From contig JBFRWN010000017.1 of NCBI GenBank assembly GCA_051439605.1, positions 32,001-96,000 of the forward strand: a stretch of DNA of 64,000 nt, given 5' to 3'. Source of the DNA: Synechococcus sp. (GTDB taxonomy: Bacteria > Cyanobacteriota > Cyanobacteriia > Thermostichales > PCC-7336). The notes below the pieces were generated by a model that saw only the letters and a list, made by a program, of their open reading frames with translations, was not told where the DNA came from and did not search any database. A program made the translations under genes and the position numbers. This document shows, one piece after another, positions 1 through 10,493 of the stretch (the first letter of the stretch is position 1; each line of letters opens with the position of its first letter).

Positions 1-307
1 ATACGGTCTGGGGGGGAACAATCTTATGTAATTCCCGCACGTAGACTTCATCCGCAAAATTAGACCAAAAGATAATCCTCGTATCCGGATGGTCTTCCCA
101 CACTTTGCGAGCTACCTCAATGCCGGTCATTTCTGGCATCTGAATATCCAGCAGCAGGAAGGAGGGATTGTGTAAACTTGCTACCTCTAGGGCTTCGTTG
201 CCATTAGACGCCATGTAAAAGGGGCCGTAGCTCGATAGCCTTGCTTCTAATAGTTCGAGGACATGTTGGCGATATAAGCTATCATCTTCTGCTATCAGAG
301 TTCCCAC
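1..307 (-). CDS. Response regulator, receiver domain (5' part; runs off window start)
   Basis: Manual translation from GTG at 307 gives MGTLIAEDD...LLLDIQMPEMTGIEVARKVWEDHPDTRIIFWS, with the acidic pocket and DxxMP phosphoacceptor motif. Not in the ORF track because it is truncated. Confidence 0.85.
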   Translation of the reverse strand, partial: MGTLIAEDDSLYRQHVLELLEARLSSYGPFYMASNGNEALEVASLHNPSFLLLDIQMPEMTGIEVARKVWEDHPDTRIIFWSNFADEVYVRELHKIVPPQTV

Positions 308-458
308 GGGCCGCCACCATCAAATGGAATCGATCGTTCATCAATCTATCTAAGGTATCGACCCTCCGCAAGAAACGGTCGGTACTAAATAGTGAACATT
401 GTTAAGGCAATGGTTGCGTTAGGAGGAACGATCGCTAGCTGAAGAGTCCTCAAGGAAA

Positions 459-887
459 TTAGGAGCGCTTGAGTTGTGACTGTATCCAGCTCCCGACCTG
501 CTTCACAAGATTCTGAGCTCTTTTCGGCACCGGGGCCTTGGCAACGGTGATGGGTTCGTCTGCGTACAGCGCATCCTTTAAGCGGTAACCGTATTCCAAA
601 GAATTGCGGCACTTATTTAAACGGGGAAACAGTCGCAGAGCTCCTTGCAGCAGGTCGGTTTCATTTTGGAAAATCGCTGCGTCGATGGCTGAGGAGCGCT
701 GCACCGCCATCGAGCCAACGGGGAACCACTTGTTAGGCTTACTGGCGTCTCGGATAAAAATATTGAACTCAGGATAGCCCTCTGATTGCATGGAGTCGTA
801 TTTTGATGAAGCCTGCTTGCGCTTTTTGGCGCTTTTAGTGCGCTTCTTCTTGGCTTTAGAGGGGCCAAATCCTTGGGAGGGAGCCAT
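459..887 (-). CDS. HHL1-like conserved cyanobacterial protein
   Basis: Lys-rich N-terminus after GFG; WFPVGSMAVQRS and GALRLFP...LEYGYRLK motifs resemble HHL1-like proteins. Confidence 0.6.
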   Translation of the reverse strand: MAPSQGFGPSKAKKKRTKSAKKRKQASSKYDSMQSEGYPEFNIFIRDASKPNKWFPVGSMAVQRSSAIDAAIFQNETDLLQGALRLFPRLNKCRNSLEYGYRLKDALYADEPITVAKAPVPKRAQNLVKQVGSWIQSQLKRS

Positions 888-1279
888 ACAGTACCTGAGA
901 AAGCTTGATATATCTTTACAATATGCCGTGAGTTTATTCTAAGGCAAGGGCGTCAGAGACTGGGCCTTACAGAAGGACTGAACGCTCGCCCTCTATCGTT
1001 CCATATCTGGAAAGCATTATCTCTGGATAAGTGAATCGCAGGCAGTTCTGCTGTAGGTACCTACATCAACCCACTCTATGAGGGATCGAACACTTCTCTG
1101 GCTCAAAACCCTCGTTTGTTCAGGCTGCTGTCTACCTTGAGAAGCTGAGCAGAGTTTGGCCGAACTCGCTAATATTCAATTGCGGGAGCGGTCCAAAATC
1201 TAGCGAGAACCTGAGGTTCGCTAACGGTTTGCGAGAGGTCTCAATAAAATAGCCGTAACGAGCTGGCTAGAATGCCTGT

Positions 1280-2440
1280 ATGGCAATTATTTCCTCCCAA
1301 TCCGGGAAAAACTCCGATCGCCCCCCCAAGCGATCCAAACCATCCACAGATACAACTGGCGTACATTTGGGTCAGGGCAAGGATGAGTCTCTTCTCCATC
1401 CTCAGGCACAGCCCAGCGATGATTCAGTTCAGCGTATGGGCGCAACAGATACCCTGCAAGAGAGCAATTCTGCATCGGACAATTCCCTTCGTCCTCAGTC
1501 ACTATCAGAGTACATCGGTCAGCGGGAATTGAAAGAGGTGTTGGGGATTGCTATTGCAGCTGCTCAAGCTCGGACTGAGCCCCTCGATCATCTGCTATTC
1601 TACGGTCCCCCTGGATTGGGAAAGACCACGGTTTGTGCTGCGCTGGCCCACGAGATGGGGGTAAAAATGCACATGACCAGTGCACCGGCTCTGGAGGGGG
1701 CGAAAGATATTGCTGGATATCTCGTCAATCTCAAATTGGGGGATATTTTATTCATCGACGAGATTCACCGATTGCCGAAGGTGACAGAAGAGATGCTGTA
1801 CCCGGCGATGGAGGATTTTCGATTGGATATCACGGTGGGGAAGGGGCGTTCTGCGCGGGTGACCAGTTTGAAGCTGCCTCGCTTCACGTTGGTCGGGGCC
1901 ACCACAAAAGTAGGTGCGCTTACGGCACCGCTACGAGATCGGTTTGGATTGGTGCAACGGCTGAGATTTTATGAAACGGAAGAGCTAGTGGAGATTGTGC
2001 TGCGCACTGCGCGGCTGCTGGACACCGCGACCGATCGCTCGGGGGCTAATGAGATTGCTCGCCGCTCTCGCGGTACCCCCCGGATTGCCAATCGGTTGTT
2101 CAAACGGGTCCGGGACTACGCACAAGTGAAAAGGGATGGGAGAATCGATGGCGAGCTGGCTGGTACCGCCTTAGAGCTATTCAATGTGGACCCGCTGGGA
2201 TTGGATTGGACGGATCGCAAGCTACTGAAAATGATGATTGAGAATTTTGATGGAGGGCCGGTGGGGCTGGATACGATGGCTGCAGCCACCGGAGAGGATT
2301 CTCAAACCATTGAGGAGGTTTACGAACCGTATTTATTACAAATTGGTTTTTTGCAGAGAACCGCTCGCGGTCGCGTGGTTACTGCGGCCGCCTTACAGCA
2401 TTTAGGATATGAAGTGAATCTTCCGCTGAATTTGTGGTGA
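1280..2440 (+). CDS. ruvB: Holliday junction branch migration helicase RuvB
   Basis: [12 protein letters not shown], Walker [47 protein letters not shown]. Confidence 0.97.
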   Translation: MAIISSQSGKNSDRPPKRSKPSTDTTGVHLGQGKDESLLHPQAQPSDDSVQRMGATDTLQESNSASDNSLRPQSLSEYIGQRELKEVLGIAIAAAQARTEPLDHLLFYGPPGLGKTTVCAALAHEMGVKMHMTSAPALEGAKDIAGYLVNLKLGDILFIDEIHRLPKVTEEMLYPAMEDFRLDITVGKGRSARVTSLKLPRFTLVGATTKVGALTAPLRDRFGLVQRLRFYETEELVEIVLRTARLLDTATDRSGANEIARRSRGTPRIANRLFKRVRDYAQVKRDGRIDGELAGTALELFNVDPLGLDWTDRKLLKMMIENFDGGPVGLDTMAAATGEDSQTIEEVYEPYLLQIGFLQRTARGRVVTAAALQHLGYEVNLPLNLW

Positions 2441-2638
2441 TGAGGTTATTTGATGCCTGGGCCGAAACAACACCATATAGCCAGACCTATAGCCTTTGAC
2501 ATTTTAGTTAGGAAGTAGATCTCTAAGCCCGATCGTGGATTGGGATAGCGAAAATATCCTAAGCGACTTGACGGTCGCTATAGTATTTGTGCCGTTTCAT
2601 TCACCATCAAATTTCTAGCCGACTTTTACACTTACGAC

Positions 2639-2665
2639 AAAAAACCTGCTCGCAAACGAGCAGGT
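2639..2665 (-). terminator. Intrinsic terminator of the GH57 gene
   Basis: ACCTGCTCG-CAAA-CGAGCAGGT hairpin with an A6 run on its left (U-tract on the minus strand). Confidence 0.75.
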
Positions 2666-2719
2666 GAAAAGTAGGTAATTGGCTTACGGCCCAATAGGCT
2701 TGATACGCAATCGGATTCC

Positions 2720-4324
2720 TCAGGCAGCCGCAGCAGTCAAAGGACGATAGCTGCGGTAGTTGATATCGGGGAAGATGTTGTCCATATATTCCACACTTTC
2801 CAACCACTGTTTATCCAACTTGCCAGCATTCAAGGAGTCGTAAATCCGGTTAAAGCGCAGTAGATGGGACCTCGTCCGCCGCACCGCATAAGGTACCATC
2901 GTTCCCGTTTTCATGATGAAGGCCCAGTCCGAGGATTGTGCCAGCAGCAACTCCCGTGCAGCTTGGTTCAACGCTCGCCATTCCAGCTCGTCAGCCGGTT
3001 CGCGATAGCTGAGCTCGATCATACGCTCGGCTGCCTTATGTAGGTGGGGATAAATCCAAGAGTTGGTCTCATTTAACCAATATTCGTGGAATCCTTTAGC
3101 TCCCCAGCTAGATTGGGCGGGGCGACAAACCTGCTGGGTGGGATTCTCTTGCAGGTATTCTGCCAGGTGGGTCATGCGGAAGGTGTTTTGGTCGTAGTGG
3201 CTCTTGCGTATGAAGTAGTCGATGAACCAAGGTCCCTCAAACCACCAGTGACCAAATAACTCGGCATCGTAGGGAGAAACTACAATTGGAGGGCGGCCCA
3301 TGATTCCGGACAAATTCTCGATTTGACGTTCGCGGTTGAACATGAAATTCCCTGCATGCTCTGCCGCCTTCTCTCTCGCCCAGTAGGGATCGTAGAGTTG
3401 CTTATCTCCTAAACCTAGACCACGACCGGTGATCTTGTGGTACTTAATGCCCGTGTTCTTGCGCTGACCGTTAGGCATGATGTAGGGCTTGATGTACTCG
3501 TAATCTGCTTCAAACCCCAAATCTTTATAAAACTCGCGATAAACGGGATCGCCGGGGTAACCCACCTGCGCTGACCACACCTGCTGAGATGACTCGTGAT
3601 CGCGACCGAACACTGCCGCACCAGACTCTGTGAAGATGGGGGCGTAGGTGCCAAATTTTGGTCGGGGCTTGGCGTAAAGCACACCGTGACCGTCCGTCAG
3701 CAAGTAACGGAGGCCCACATCGGCAATCATGCGCTCCAGGCCAGGATAGTAGGCGCATTCCGGTAGCCAAATGCCACGGGGCCAGCGGCCAAAGTTATCG
3801 TTGTAGTGTTGGCAAGCAACTTCTAGCTGCGCCCAGACCGCTTCGGGGTACATCTGCATCAGGGGCAGGTAGCCGTGGGTAGCACCACAGGTAATAATTT
3901 CTAAATTGCCAGCGTCCTGAAACTTCTTGAACGCCAATACGAGATCGCCATCGTAGCGCTCCCACAGATCCCGTATCTTATAAAATTCTTCAACGTAAAA
4001 CTCGGCTAGGTACTTGACGTGACCGTGGGTGACGTTACGCTCGGCCTCTAGCTGTGCCAGTTCCTCTAGCTTGCTGAGGTATTCGTCAAATCGCTCCTGT
4101 AGCAGTGGGTCCCGCAACATTGACACCAAAGGCGGTGTCATTGACATGGTAAGGCGGAAATCAATCCCATCGCGCTCTAGGCCCTCAAACATGAGCAGGA
4201 GGGGGATGTAGGTCTCGGCGATGGCTTCAAACAGCCAATCTTCTTCTAAGACAAAATCCTGTTCTGGATGACGAACAAACGGTAGGTGAGCGTGTAAAAC
4301 CAGCGCGAAATAACCTTGGGACAT
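2720..4324 (-). CDS. Glycoside hydrolase family 57 (DUF1957) 1,4-alpha-glucan branching enzyme
   Basis: Start placed at MSQGYFALVLHAHLPFVRHPE; GIWLPECAY, PYDAELFGHWWFEG, ELLLAQSSDWAFIM. Confidence 0.92.
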   Translation of the reverse strand: MSQGYFALVLHAHLPFVRHPEQDFVLEEDWLFEAIAETYIPLLLMFEGLERDGIDFRLTMSMTPPLVSMLRDPLLQERFDEYLSKLEELAQLEAERNVTHGHVKYLAEFYVEEFYKIRDLWERYDGDLVLAFKKFQDAGNLEIITCGATHGYLPLMQMYPEAVWAQLEVACQHYNDNFGRWPRGIWLPECAYYPGLERMIADVGLRYLLTDGHGVLYAKPRPKFGTYAPIFTESGAAVFGRDHESSQQVWSAQVGYPGDPVYREFYKDLGFEADYEYIKPYIMPNGQRKNTGIKYHKITGRGLGLGDKQLYDPYWAREKAAEHAGNFMFNRERQIENLSGIMGRPPIVVSPYDAELFGHWWFEGPWFIDYFIRKSHYDQNTFRMTHLAEYLQENPTQQVCRPAQSSWGAKGFHEYWLNETNSWIYPHLHKAAERMIELSYREPADELEWRALNQAARELLLAQSSDWAFIMKTGTMVPYAVRRTRSHLLRFNRIYDSLNAGKLDKQWLESVEYMDNIFPDINYRSYRPLTAAAA

Positions 4325-4409
4325 GAAAACCTCCGAATACAGCTGTGGACATTTCAAACAGGGGGCTGGTTCAAGAAATAATCCAAGCGGCTTGAGGGCC
4401 GCCAAACCT

Positions 4410-4462
4410 AGAACAAAGCGGGCAAGTGCTACCTCTTCGAGAGTTTGCAGCAGCTTGCCCGC
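4410..4462 (-). terminator. Terminator-like hairpin between the DUF4912 and GH57 genes
   Basis: On the minus strand GCGGGCAAG...CTTGCCCGC stem followed by TTTGTTCT. Confidence 0.6.
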
Positions 4463-4629
4463 CTAGTCATCACCTCACGCAACTTGTCCGCTACCGGTCA
4501 GCCTTCACACCATTGGCTGACTTGGGGTTGTTTTCCATGCTGGGGCTGTAGCCGGTTGCATGTCCAGCGGGGACTAGCCCCAGTTTGAGGGAAAACAGCG
4601 CGGATTAGAAGGACCCTCGCACGAATCCT

Positions 4630-5865
4630 CTAAAAGAATTCTTCGACAGCTTCTTCCTTGGTGTTGGTGCGTCGAGCAGGGGTAGAGCGATCGAAGGTCA
4701 TGTGAACTTCGCGATTTTGCTCGCCGTCGGCCGCCACAGCAAAGATTGGGAAGTCAATATTGCCATCGGGGAATGCCATGTGGAAGCGGAAGGTGCCATC
4801 GGGGTTGAGCTCGATCTTGCGACCGCCAACAGTTACGGTGGCATCGGGCTCGGTAGCTCCGTAAACAATCAGTTCAGCATCAGCCACCAACCAGAACTTG
4901 CGAGAACGTTGGGGTAACGACTCAGACGCACCAGAGAACAAGCCCAGGCCAGACCCCGAAGCCATCCATGGGGCAAAAGATTCGATCGCCGCACCAGAGG
5001 GGAAAACAAAAGAGCTGACCGTTTCTTCCGGCACCATCTGCATGCTACCGAACAGAGATCCGGCAACGTGCTGACTCTCCAAGCCACCAGCCAGCTTGAA
5101 GGTTTCGCCGGTAACGGAATCGTCGCCTGCCAACTTGGGAGCATTCCCCCACATGCCAGCCCGCTTATATGGCTCGTGTAGCTTGTAGATGGTCTTGCCG
5201 TTGAGGTCCATGTCGAAGGGAACGGTGACGAAGATGTCCTCGATCCAATCGGAGGGATAAGTGGGGGGAACGGTGACGGAGGCAGAGGTGGCTAGTGACA
5301 ACCAGCGGCCGTCAGCAGTGCGGTAGCCCACCTGAACGATGTAGGAGCGATCGCTAACGGGAATAGGAAGGTACCACTCGCGGGCCAGCTCGTCGATGGG
5401 GAACTCTTGTAGGCTGTGATAGCCCTGAGTGTCAAAGTCTAGGTCGGTGACGTCGTAGAGGCGTAAAGCCAGTTGTTGGCCCCCTTGGCGACGCAGCTCC
5501 TCCTTGTGATCGTTGGGGACATCCCAATAGGCGTATGCCCACTGGGGGTCGCGGGGCAACAACATGATGCGGCTTTCGCCATAGCCACCGGGCAAATCGC
5601 CCAGTTCGGCATCGACGTCGCTCAGTTCGGGGATATCGCGAACACCACCAGCATGAAACTTGTTTGCGCTGACAGTGTCTTGCGTGGCCATCTCGGGGGC
5701 AGGCATGTTGCCGGCAGATGAGGATGCTTGAGCTTCGGCAACCTGAATTGCCTTTACCAGCTCTTCTTTGCGCATGCGGCTGTAGCGGGAGACAGAGTAT
5801 TCGGATGCGAGTACGCGCAGTTGGCGTAGCGTTAGCTGGTCTAAGGGGGGGTGGTCAGTGGCCAT
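4630..5865 (-). CDS. DUF4912 domain protein with N-terminal Rho-N-like helix
   Basis: LTLRQLRVLASEYSVSRYSRMRKEEL; LPGGYGESRIMLLPRDPQWAYAYWD; RKFWLVADAELIVYGATEPDA. Confidence 0.85.
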   Translation of the reverse strand: MATDHPPLDQLTLRQLRVLASEYSVSRYSRMRKEELVKAIQVAEAQASSSAGNMPAPEMATQDTVSANKFHAGGVRDIPELSDVDAELGDLPGGYGESRIMLLPRDPQWAYAYWDVPNDHKEELRRQGGQQLALRLYDVTDLDFDTQGYHSLQEFPIDELAREWYLPIPVSDRSYIVQVGYRTADGRWLSLATSASVTVPPTYPSDWIEDIFVTVPFDMDLNGKTIYKLHEPYKRAGMWGNAPKLAGDDSVTGETFKLAGGLESQHVAGSLFGSMQMVPEETVSSFVFPSGAAIESFAPWMASGSGLGLFSGASESLPQRSRKFWLVADAELIVYGATEPDATVTVGGRKIELNPDGTFRFHMAFPDGNIDFPIFAVAADGEQNREVHMTFDRSTPARRTNTKEEAVEEFF

Positions 5866-6279
5866 GATGCAGACTTACCTAAGTGCTTCCGTGAGAATTG
5901 ATGTTTGCAGGGGTCGAGGAGGTATTCGGCGTGGAGACGCGTCTATCAACAAATCAAGTGAATGAAGTTCAAACGAATAAATCGGGATGAGGACAACAGA
6001 ACCTTGTCGGATTCTGTTTTTTTTCCCTCGGGTTGACCCGCGCAATCTCCTTAGGGGATCGTTTGGGATCGCTTAATATGTCTCCATAATGCACAGACCT
6101 TTTGGAATGGTCAAGTGCAAGGGGATCGAAGGGGATCGTCATTTGGCCTCAGGGATCGGTGATTTCCCTACGTTGCATAGCTTTTTATATGGCTTTAACC
6201 GATCTTGCTGTAACAGAGGGTGAGTGTGGCTGAAAGCAAAGCTGATAGGGTCATAATCTGGACAGGGTGGTTGAACGAG

Positions 6280-6693
6280 ATGGCATTTGAATACCGACGA
6301 ACCATTCGGTTTTCAGACACAGATGCTGCTGGGGTGATGTACTTTTCGGTCGCCTTCTCGATTTGTCATGAAGCTTACGAGGCATCTCTAGGGGCTATGG
6401 ATGTTGATTTAAGGCATTTTTTTAGTAGAGAGGGGCCGACTATAGTACCAGTCGTACATGCGGAGGCGGACTACTTACGTCCCCTCTATTGCGGAGATGA
6501 AGTGGTGGTTGTCGTGAAGCCGCGATTGCTATCAGAGAACAGCTTTGCCGTTACCTATCATTGGGTAAAAGGGAGCGATCGAAAAATCTCCATCTGCAAG
6601 GCCGAGACTCAGCACGTGCAGATCGATTCCCAAAAACTTCAAAGAATTCCGTTAGTGTCAGAGTTGCGGAATTGGTTGCAGCATTGGAGTTAG
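6280..6693 (+). CDS. 1,4-dihydroxy-2-naphthoyl-CoA thioesterase (hotdog fold)
   Basis: RTIRFSDTDAAGVMYF...ICHEAYE motif; next to menE/menC; start placed at ATG 6280. Confidence 0.85.
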   Translation: MAFEYRRTIRFSDTDAAGVMYFSVAFSICHEAYEASLGAMDVDLRHFFSREGPTIVPVVHAEADYLRPLYCGDEVVVVVKPRLLSENSFAVTYHWVKGSDRKISICKAETQHVQIDSQKLQRIPLVSELRNWLQHWS

Positions 6694-6712
6694 AGACTGT
6701 TGAGCAATTCTG

Positions 6713-8179
6713 TCACCTGCTTGATGCTGGTGTTTCAGGAAGGAATGGCTCCTTATTCGAGTCCAACTTGATTGATGAATGTCCATAGAGGGGACGCGCT
6801 TGCTGCGCTAGATTTTGCAAGATTTGGCGATCGATCTTGCCGCGATCGTTACGAGGAAGGACCTTCACCGCCATCCACCGTTTAGGGCGTTTGTAACGAG
6901 CTAACAGCGGTGCGGCTAGTTCGGCAACCTCTTCCAGCGTGGTTCCATCCCCGGACAAGACGCACAATGCCGACACGGCTTCCCCCCAGTCCTCGTCGGG
7001 GAGTCCCAGCACGGCGACGTCCTCCACCAGTTGGGTGCTGCGGATAGCTGATTCTACCTCAACAGGATAGACATTTTCCCCACCAGTCAAAATCTTGTCG
7101 CTATTGCGCCCCAATACATGTAGGTATCCAACATCGTCCAAAAAACCAATGTCATCGGTTACCCAGCTTGGGTTTTCCTGTTGCCGGTCCGCCACCCCAG
7201 ACTCCCAGCGCTTGGGGAAATAACCCAGTGCAAGAGAAGATGCTTGAATGGCGATGCGGCCAGTTTTGTTAGGAGAAAGAGGGCGATCGTGCTTGTCCAA
7301 GATCTGGATACTGACGTGGGGAAGAGGCGGGGCACAACCCTGTTTCCCAGCAAGAAATTCATAAGGTAACAGCGTTGCCAGTTGGGATGCGGTTTCAGTG
7401 GCTCCGTAGGTGGGGGCTAGGGGAAGGTAGGCCGAACGAGCTTGCTCGAGCAAAGCGGGCCAGGCAGGTGCTCCCCCTAGCAAAATGGCTTCGCATTGGG
7501 ACAGCCAGCTTGTCACTTTGAGATTGGTCATAGCCCGCTTGAGCTGAGTCGGAACAAGCGAGATAAACCAGCCAGGGTTTGGCAGATTGCAGTACTCACC
7601 GGAGAGGAAACGACTCGACTGACCAATATATAATTGTCCGCCTGTCATCAGCGATCGCACGAATTGCATAAATCCACTCACGTGAAAGAGGGGGAGTAAG
7701 CAAAAGGAGTGAATGGGCGATCGGTCAAAATGCTGCTGAAATCCAGCGGTAGATTGAGTCAAGGTGTGCCAGGTGTGGCTGGCGAATTTGATCCTGCCGG
7801 AGGTTCCCCCCGTGGGGATGCAGATGAGGGGACTCTGTTGCCGATCGGGGGGTGACGTGGGATCCGGCGTTATGTGGGCATAGCCCACAATGGCATGGGG
7901 ATGCATTAGGGTTTGAGCCTGTTGCCATTCCTGCTGGCCCCAATCGGGATTACAGAAAAAGACGCTATGTCCAGCAGAGTGGATGGCAGTAAAGTTCGCT
8001 AAAAAACGAACGGGGTTATCGTTCGCCAATGCAACGCGGTACCGAACTTGGGGAGAGCTCTCTAGGTGCTTGAATTGTGCTTGAGCCTCTGCCAAATAGC
8101 GATAGAACTGGTGGTTGTCGGCATGATTTAGCCAGTTAGTTACTGGCTGTGCTTCTATTCGGTCGAGGACTCCAGCCAT
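6713..8179 (-). CDS. menE: O-succinylbenzoate-CoA ligase
   Basis: AMP-binding loop PTGGTSG, LPLFHVSG, YGATETASQ, GGENVYPVEVE; directly downstream of menC. Confidence 0.88.
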   Translation of the reverse strand: MAGVLDRIEAQPVTNWLNHADNHQFYRYLAEAQAQFKHLESSPQVRYRVALANDNPVRFLANFTAIHSAGHSVFFCNPDWGQQEWQQAQTLMHPHAIVGYAHITPDPTSPPDRQQSPLICIPTGGTSGRIKFASHTWHTLTQSTAGFQQHFDRSPIHSFCLLPLFHVSGFMQFVRSLMTGGQLYIGQSSRFLSGEYCNLPNPGWFISLVPTQLKRAMTNLKVTSWLSQCEAILLGGAPAWPALLEQARSAYLPLAPTYGATETASQLATLLPYEFLAGKQGCAPPLPHVSIQILDKHDRPLSPNKTGRIAIQASSLALGYFPKRWESGVADRQQENPSWVTDDIGFLDDVGYLHVLGRNSDKILTGGENVYPVEVESAIRSTQLVEDVAVLGLPDEDWGEAVSALCVLSGDGTTLEEVAELAAPLLARYKRPKRWMAVKVLPRNDRGKIDRQILQNLAQQARPLYGHSSIKLDSNKEPFLPETPASSR

Positions 8180-9135
8180 AAACAGTCCGGCCAATTGTCA
8201 GGAATGGGTTGTAGGAGGTGGTCGATGCCGAATCCGATCGCCCGATGGCTATCTAAGGTACGGGCAAGTGTCACGCAGGCTCCCTGCCCCACCGGGCTTT
8301 CGAGCGATGAAGATAGCACCACATCCAGCTGATGCTCTAAACAAAAGCGACTGACTTTTGATGGGGAGCCGCAGATGGCGGGCTTAATGACGTAGATACC
8401 TCGCCAACCCTGATGGTAGCAACAGTGTAAACCCTGCAGAGTGGCGACGGATTCGTCCAGTGCTATCGGAGTCATAAATGCTTGGTCGAGCTGAAGCAGC
8501 GTTCTAAATTCTGAGGGGGGGAGCGGTTGCTCCAAAAATTCGATGTCTAGGCGATCGCATAGCTGTAGCCATTGCACCGCTCCATCCGCATCAAATCCTC
8601 CGTTGGCATCCAAACGCAATCCGATGTGCGCCGGCAGTGCGGCTCGCAACTGCTGAAGCCAACCCTGTTCCTGACTGGGGGAGGCAAGCCCAATCTTCCA
8701 CTTCAAGGTGGTGTGACCTTGCTGCAGCAGTAATGGAAAGGCTTCTAAAGCCAAGTGCCCCGAGGGGAGAAGGCCACAGATGTCTAACATCGATTGGACT
8801 TCATTTTGATTTGAACGCTCTGTGTCTATGGCATGCCAGGCGGACTCTAGAGCAAACTGACAAGCGGGCAGGCGATTGGGAATCGCATCGAGTTGCTCAG
8901 GACTCCACTCACCCTCTAAGCTGCGGCAAAAGTCTAACGCTTCTGATAAAGACTCGGACCCAAACCAAGGAATGGGGGCAATTTCACCATATCCTACTGT
9001 CCCTTGGGGATGGGTGATGCGAACAATGGCTCCCTCGCGAATGGACCATTTACCGTGGCTAGTGAGCAAGGGTTGCTTGAAGAGGCGGCGATAGGTGCGG
9101 ATATCGAGCTGATAGCAGTTGGGGGAAGAGGTCAT
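8155..9135 (-). CDS. menC: O-succinylbenzoate synthase
   Basis: Enolase-superfamily motifs GEIAPIPWFGSE, LKWKIG, LRLDANGG, EFLEQP, IALDESV; start uncertain (ORF open to 9201). Confidence 0.9.
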   Translation of the reverse strand: MTSSPNCYQLDIRTYRRLFKQPLLTSHGKWSIREGAIVRITHPQGTVGYGEIAPIPWFGSESLSEALDFCRSLEGEWSPEQLDAIPNRLPACQFALESAWHAIDTERSNQNEVQSMLDICGLLPSGHLALEAFPLLLQQGHTTLKWKIGLASPSQEQGWLQQLRAALPAHIGLRLDANGGFDADGAVQWLQLCDRLDIEFLEQPLPPSEFRTLLQLDQAFMTPIALDESVATLQGLHCCYHQGWRGIYVIKPAICGSPSKVSRFCLEHQLDVVLSSSLESPVGQGACVTLARTLDSHRAIGFGIDHLLQPIPDNWPDCLWLESSTE

Positions 9136-9225
9136 GGCAGAGGAGGATCGTGGGGGCCAACCCATGAGTCGTATAGAAGTAATTGGCTTTGATGTTGCCA
9201 ATCATCCAGCCAATCGTGTCTGCGT

Positions 9226-10095
9226 CTATTCGATATAGCCCGTTAATGCGGCCAAAATCAGAAATGTGCCCATTGCTATGCGGTAGGCCACAAATACGTC
9301 GGTACTTCGCTTTTGGAGAAATTTGAGCAACCAATCGATAGAGAGGTAAGAAAATACCAGCGCTGAAAGGGTACCCATTACCTGCGCTGGGATACCCTCG
9401 GGGGAATAGCTCGCGATAAATTCTACGAGACCAGCCAGAGTTAATGCTGGGATGCCTAGCAAAAAAGCAAATCTGGCCGCCATTTCCCGCTTCATACCCA
9501 GAAATAATCCGGTGGTAATGGTAGCTCCCGAGCGAGAGACTCCGGGGATAATAGCCATTGCTTGAGCCAGTCCAACTGCGAGACCGTCCGAGATCCGAAT
9601 CTGGGCCAGCGTACGCTCTTGCTTATCCGCACGATCTCCCCAAGCCATCAAGATACCGACCCCAATTAAAGCAATGCCAATCACCGTTAGCTGGCGAGGG
9701 GGGGATCCCATCCATGTTTTCACGGCCAACCCTAAGATCACAATCGGCAGAGTTCCCAGCATCACCCCAACAAAGGTGCGAAATTCTGGGGTGTGCCATT
9801 TGCGATGGCGAATGGACAGGATGGTTCCCGTCAGTACCAGTTTCAAGTCATATGCAAAGTAGGCCAATACAGCCATCACGCTACCTAACTGAATGACTGC
9901 TGAGAAAGAAACCCCGAAGTCCGGCCATCCCATGAGTGCAGGCAAAATACGCAGGTGTGCGGTACTGCTGATCGGTAGGAACTCGGTCAGTCCCTGCAGC
10001 ATTCCCATCAAAAATGCTTGCCAAAGATTGGGCTGTTGGACGGCTGCTGCAATTTCAAATGCAGGCATATCAAAAGCCAAAAGATTCGATGTCAA
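9226..10095 (-). CDS. uppP: Undecaprenyl-diphosphate phosphatase
   Basis: QGLTEFLPISSTAH and PGVSRSGATI signature motifs; polytopic membrane protein. Confidence 0.95.
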   Translation of the reverse strand: MTSNLLAFDMPAFEIAAAVQQPNLWQAFLMGMLQGLTEFLPISSTAHLRILPALMGWPDFGVSFSAVIQLGSVMAVLAYFAYDLKLVLTGTILSIRHRKWHTPEFRTFVGVMLGTLPIVILGLAVKTWMGSPPRQLTVIGIALIGVGILMAWGDRADKQERTLAQIRISDGLAVGLAQAMAIIPGVSRSGATITTGLFLGMKREMAARFAFLLGIPALTLAGLVEFIASYSPEGIPAQVMGTLSALVFSYLSIDWLLKFLQKRSTDVFVAYRIAMGTFLILAALTGYIE

Positions 10096-10465
10096 TCCCT
10101 TTTCCCCATCGAACGGAAGTTTACCTGATGCTGGGGGATCGATGTGCTCCCTCTATCCAAAGACATTGCCACGGCGACTGGAAATCGCGATGTTACAATA
10201 AATACATACAATGGCCTTATCGTGTCAACTATACTGCATTGACAGGTTGGTAAACGCTCTAAGAGTTGTTGAAGCGCAAGTCTTTGATGCAGCGATACTT
10301 GATTGAAATCGATCTTGCCAAATTTTGGCTGACAAGTGATGGGCTAGCTTTATCCTTTAATCAAAGCAGCTTAGGGAGCATACGAACGACTTTCCAGTCA
10401 CTGCGGATAGTTCAGGACCCACCCTGACTAACTAGAAATCCAAAGTCACCATAGAACTGTGCATA

Positions 10466-10490
10466 GCGATCGCAACCTTACAGCGATCGC
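10466..10490. repeat. HIP1 octamer GCGATCGC (example pair; dispersed through the window)
   Basis: Copies at 10466-10473 and 10483-10490; many more in core genes. HIP1 is the highly iterated palindrome of cyanobacteria. Confidence 0.85.
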
Positions 10491-10493
10491 CCA

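Noticed and set aside
10191..10206. NtcA-like site TGTTACAATAAATACA upstream of uppP
   Set aside because: One mismatch to GTA-N8-TAC in AT-rich DNA, and no other support
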